DNA from: an uncultured Bacilli bacterium
Lineage (GTDB): Bacteria; Bacillota_I; Bacilli_A; RFN20; CAG-288
DNA: 58,881 nt
Direction of reading: 5' to 3'
Assembly: GCA_944332485.1 (NCBI GenBank)
Contig: CALVKB010000003.1
Coordinates: 1-58,881 of the forward strand
Shown here: positions 58,816 to 58,881 of the stretch, in pieces
Numbering within the stretch: the stretch's first letter is position 1
Layout: every line of letters starts with the position of its first letter
The notes under the pieces: generated by a model
Told to the model about the DNA's origin: nothing
Databases searched by the model: none
What the model saw: only the letters and a program-made list of their open reading frames with translations
Translations under genes and position numbers: made by a program

Positions 58816-58881
58816 GCGGCAACAAGCTATTTTCCCTGTTATGGTATCGTCGCCACCATGGTGCTTAACTTCTGTGTTCGG
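58816..58881 (-). rRNA. rrf: 5S ribosomal RNA, 3' portion (5' part lies beyond the window)
   Basis: The reverse complement reads CCGAACACAGAAGTTAAGCACCATGGTGGCGACGATACC...GCTTGTTGCCGC. It contains the universal 5S block CCGAACAC.GAAGTTAAGC and ends in a helix-I strand followed by T7. Confidence 0.8.

Noticed and set aside
1-58881. The possibility that TGA encodes Trp (Mycoplasma/Spiroplasma code 4), which would split or merge ORFs.
   Set aside because: All conserved genes are full length under the standard code. Several genes end at TGA with correct C-termini and ATGA-type overlaps.

Overview
This is an AT-rich, gene-dense chromosomal segment from a low-GC Bacillota/Mollicutes-type bacterium. 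It uses the standard genetic code: TGA ends ftsH, the HAD gene and yitT, and the long conserved genes read through with TGG as the only Trp codon. Most of the content is core housekeeping. It includes rqcH, tRNA-Thr(GGU), a ylbF-like/rsmD/coaD operon, def, rnj, maf, nadK, a CYTH protein and a complete oppABCDF peptide transporter. It also includes a small lipid-related cluster (pgpA-family, HAD, acyl-ACP thioesterase), comFA-comFC, ftsH, rplKAJL-rpoBC and rplS plus rpsP-KH-rimM-trmD. The right side carries ffh-ylxM-ftsY-rnc-plsX, recG, fakA/yloV and the 3' part of a 5S rRNA at the window edge. I saw no CRISPR array, transposase, integrase, phage genes or recognisable defence or toxin-antitoxin genes. 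I cannot support a multi-gene novel system from the sequence alone. The strongest unexplained items are listed here. (1) A 1310-aa membrane-anchored protein with a duplicated 2-TM module, a ~640-aa acidic tract with ~50-aa PLEEVE repeats, and a Lys-rich KPI-repeat tail. (2) An OppD ATPase split by a ~590-aa helical insertion between Walker A and the Q-loop, next to an oversized OppA. (3) An aldehyde-dehydrogenase homologue in which both catalytic residues are replaced, sitting where secE-nusG is expected and divergent from two unknown membrane proteins. (4) A tandem pair of exported thioredoxin-fold CxxC proteins. (5) An orphan ABC ATPase with degenerate catalytic motifs. (6) Lineage-specific additions to FtsH and a membrane-anchored PTS-EIIB-like domain. 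All functional calls rest on motifs I recognised by eye in the supplied translations. No searches were run.
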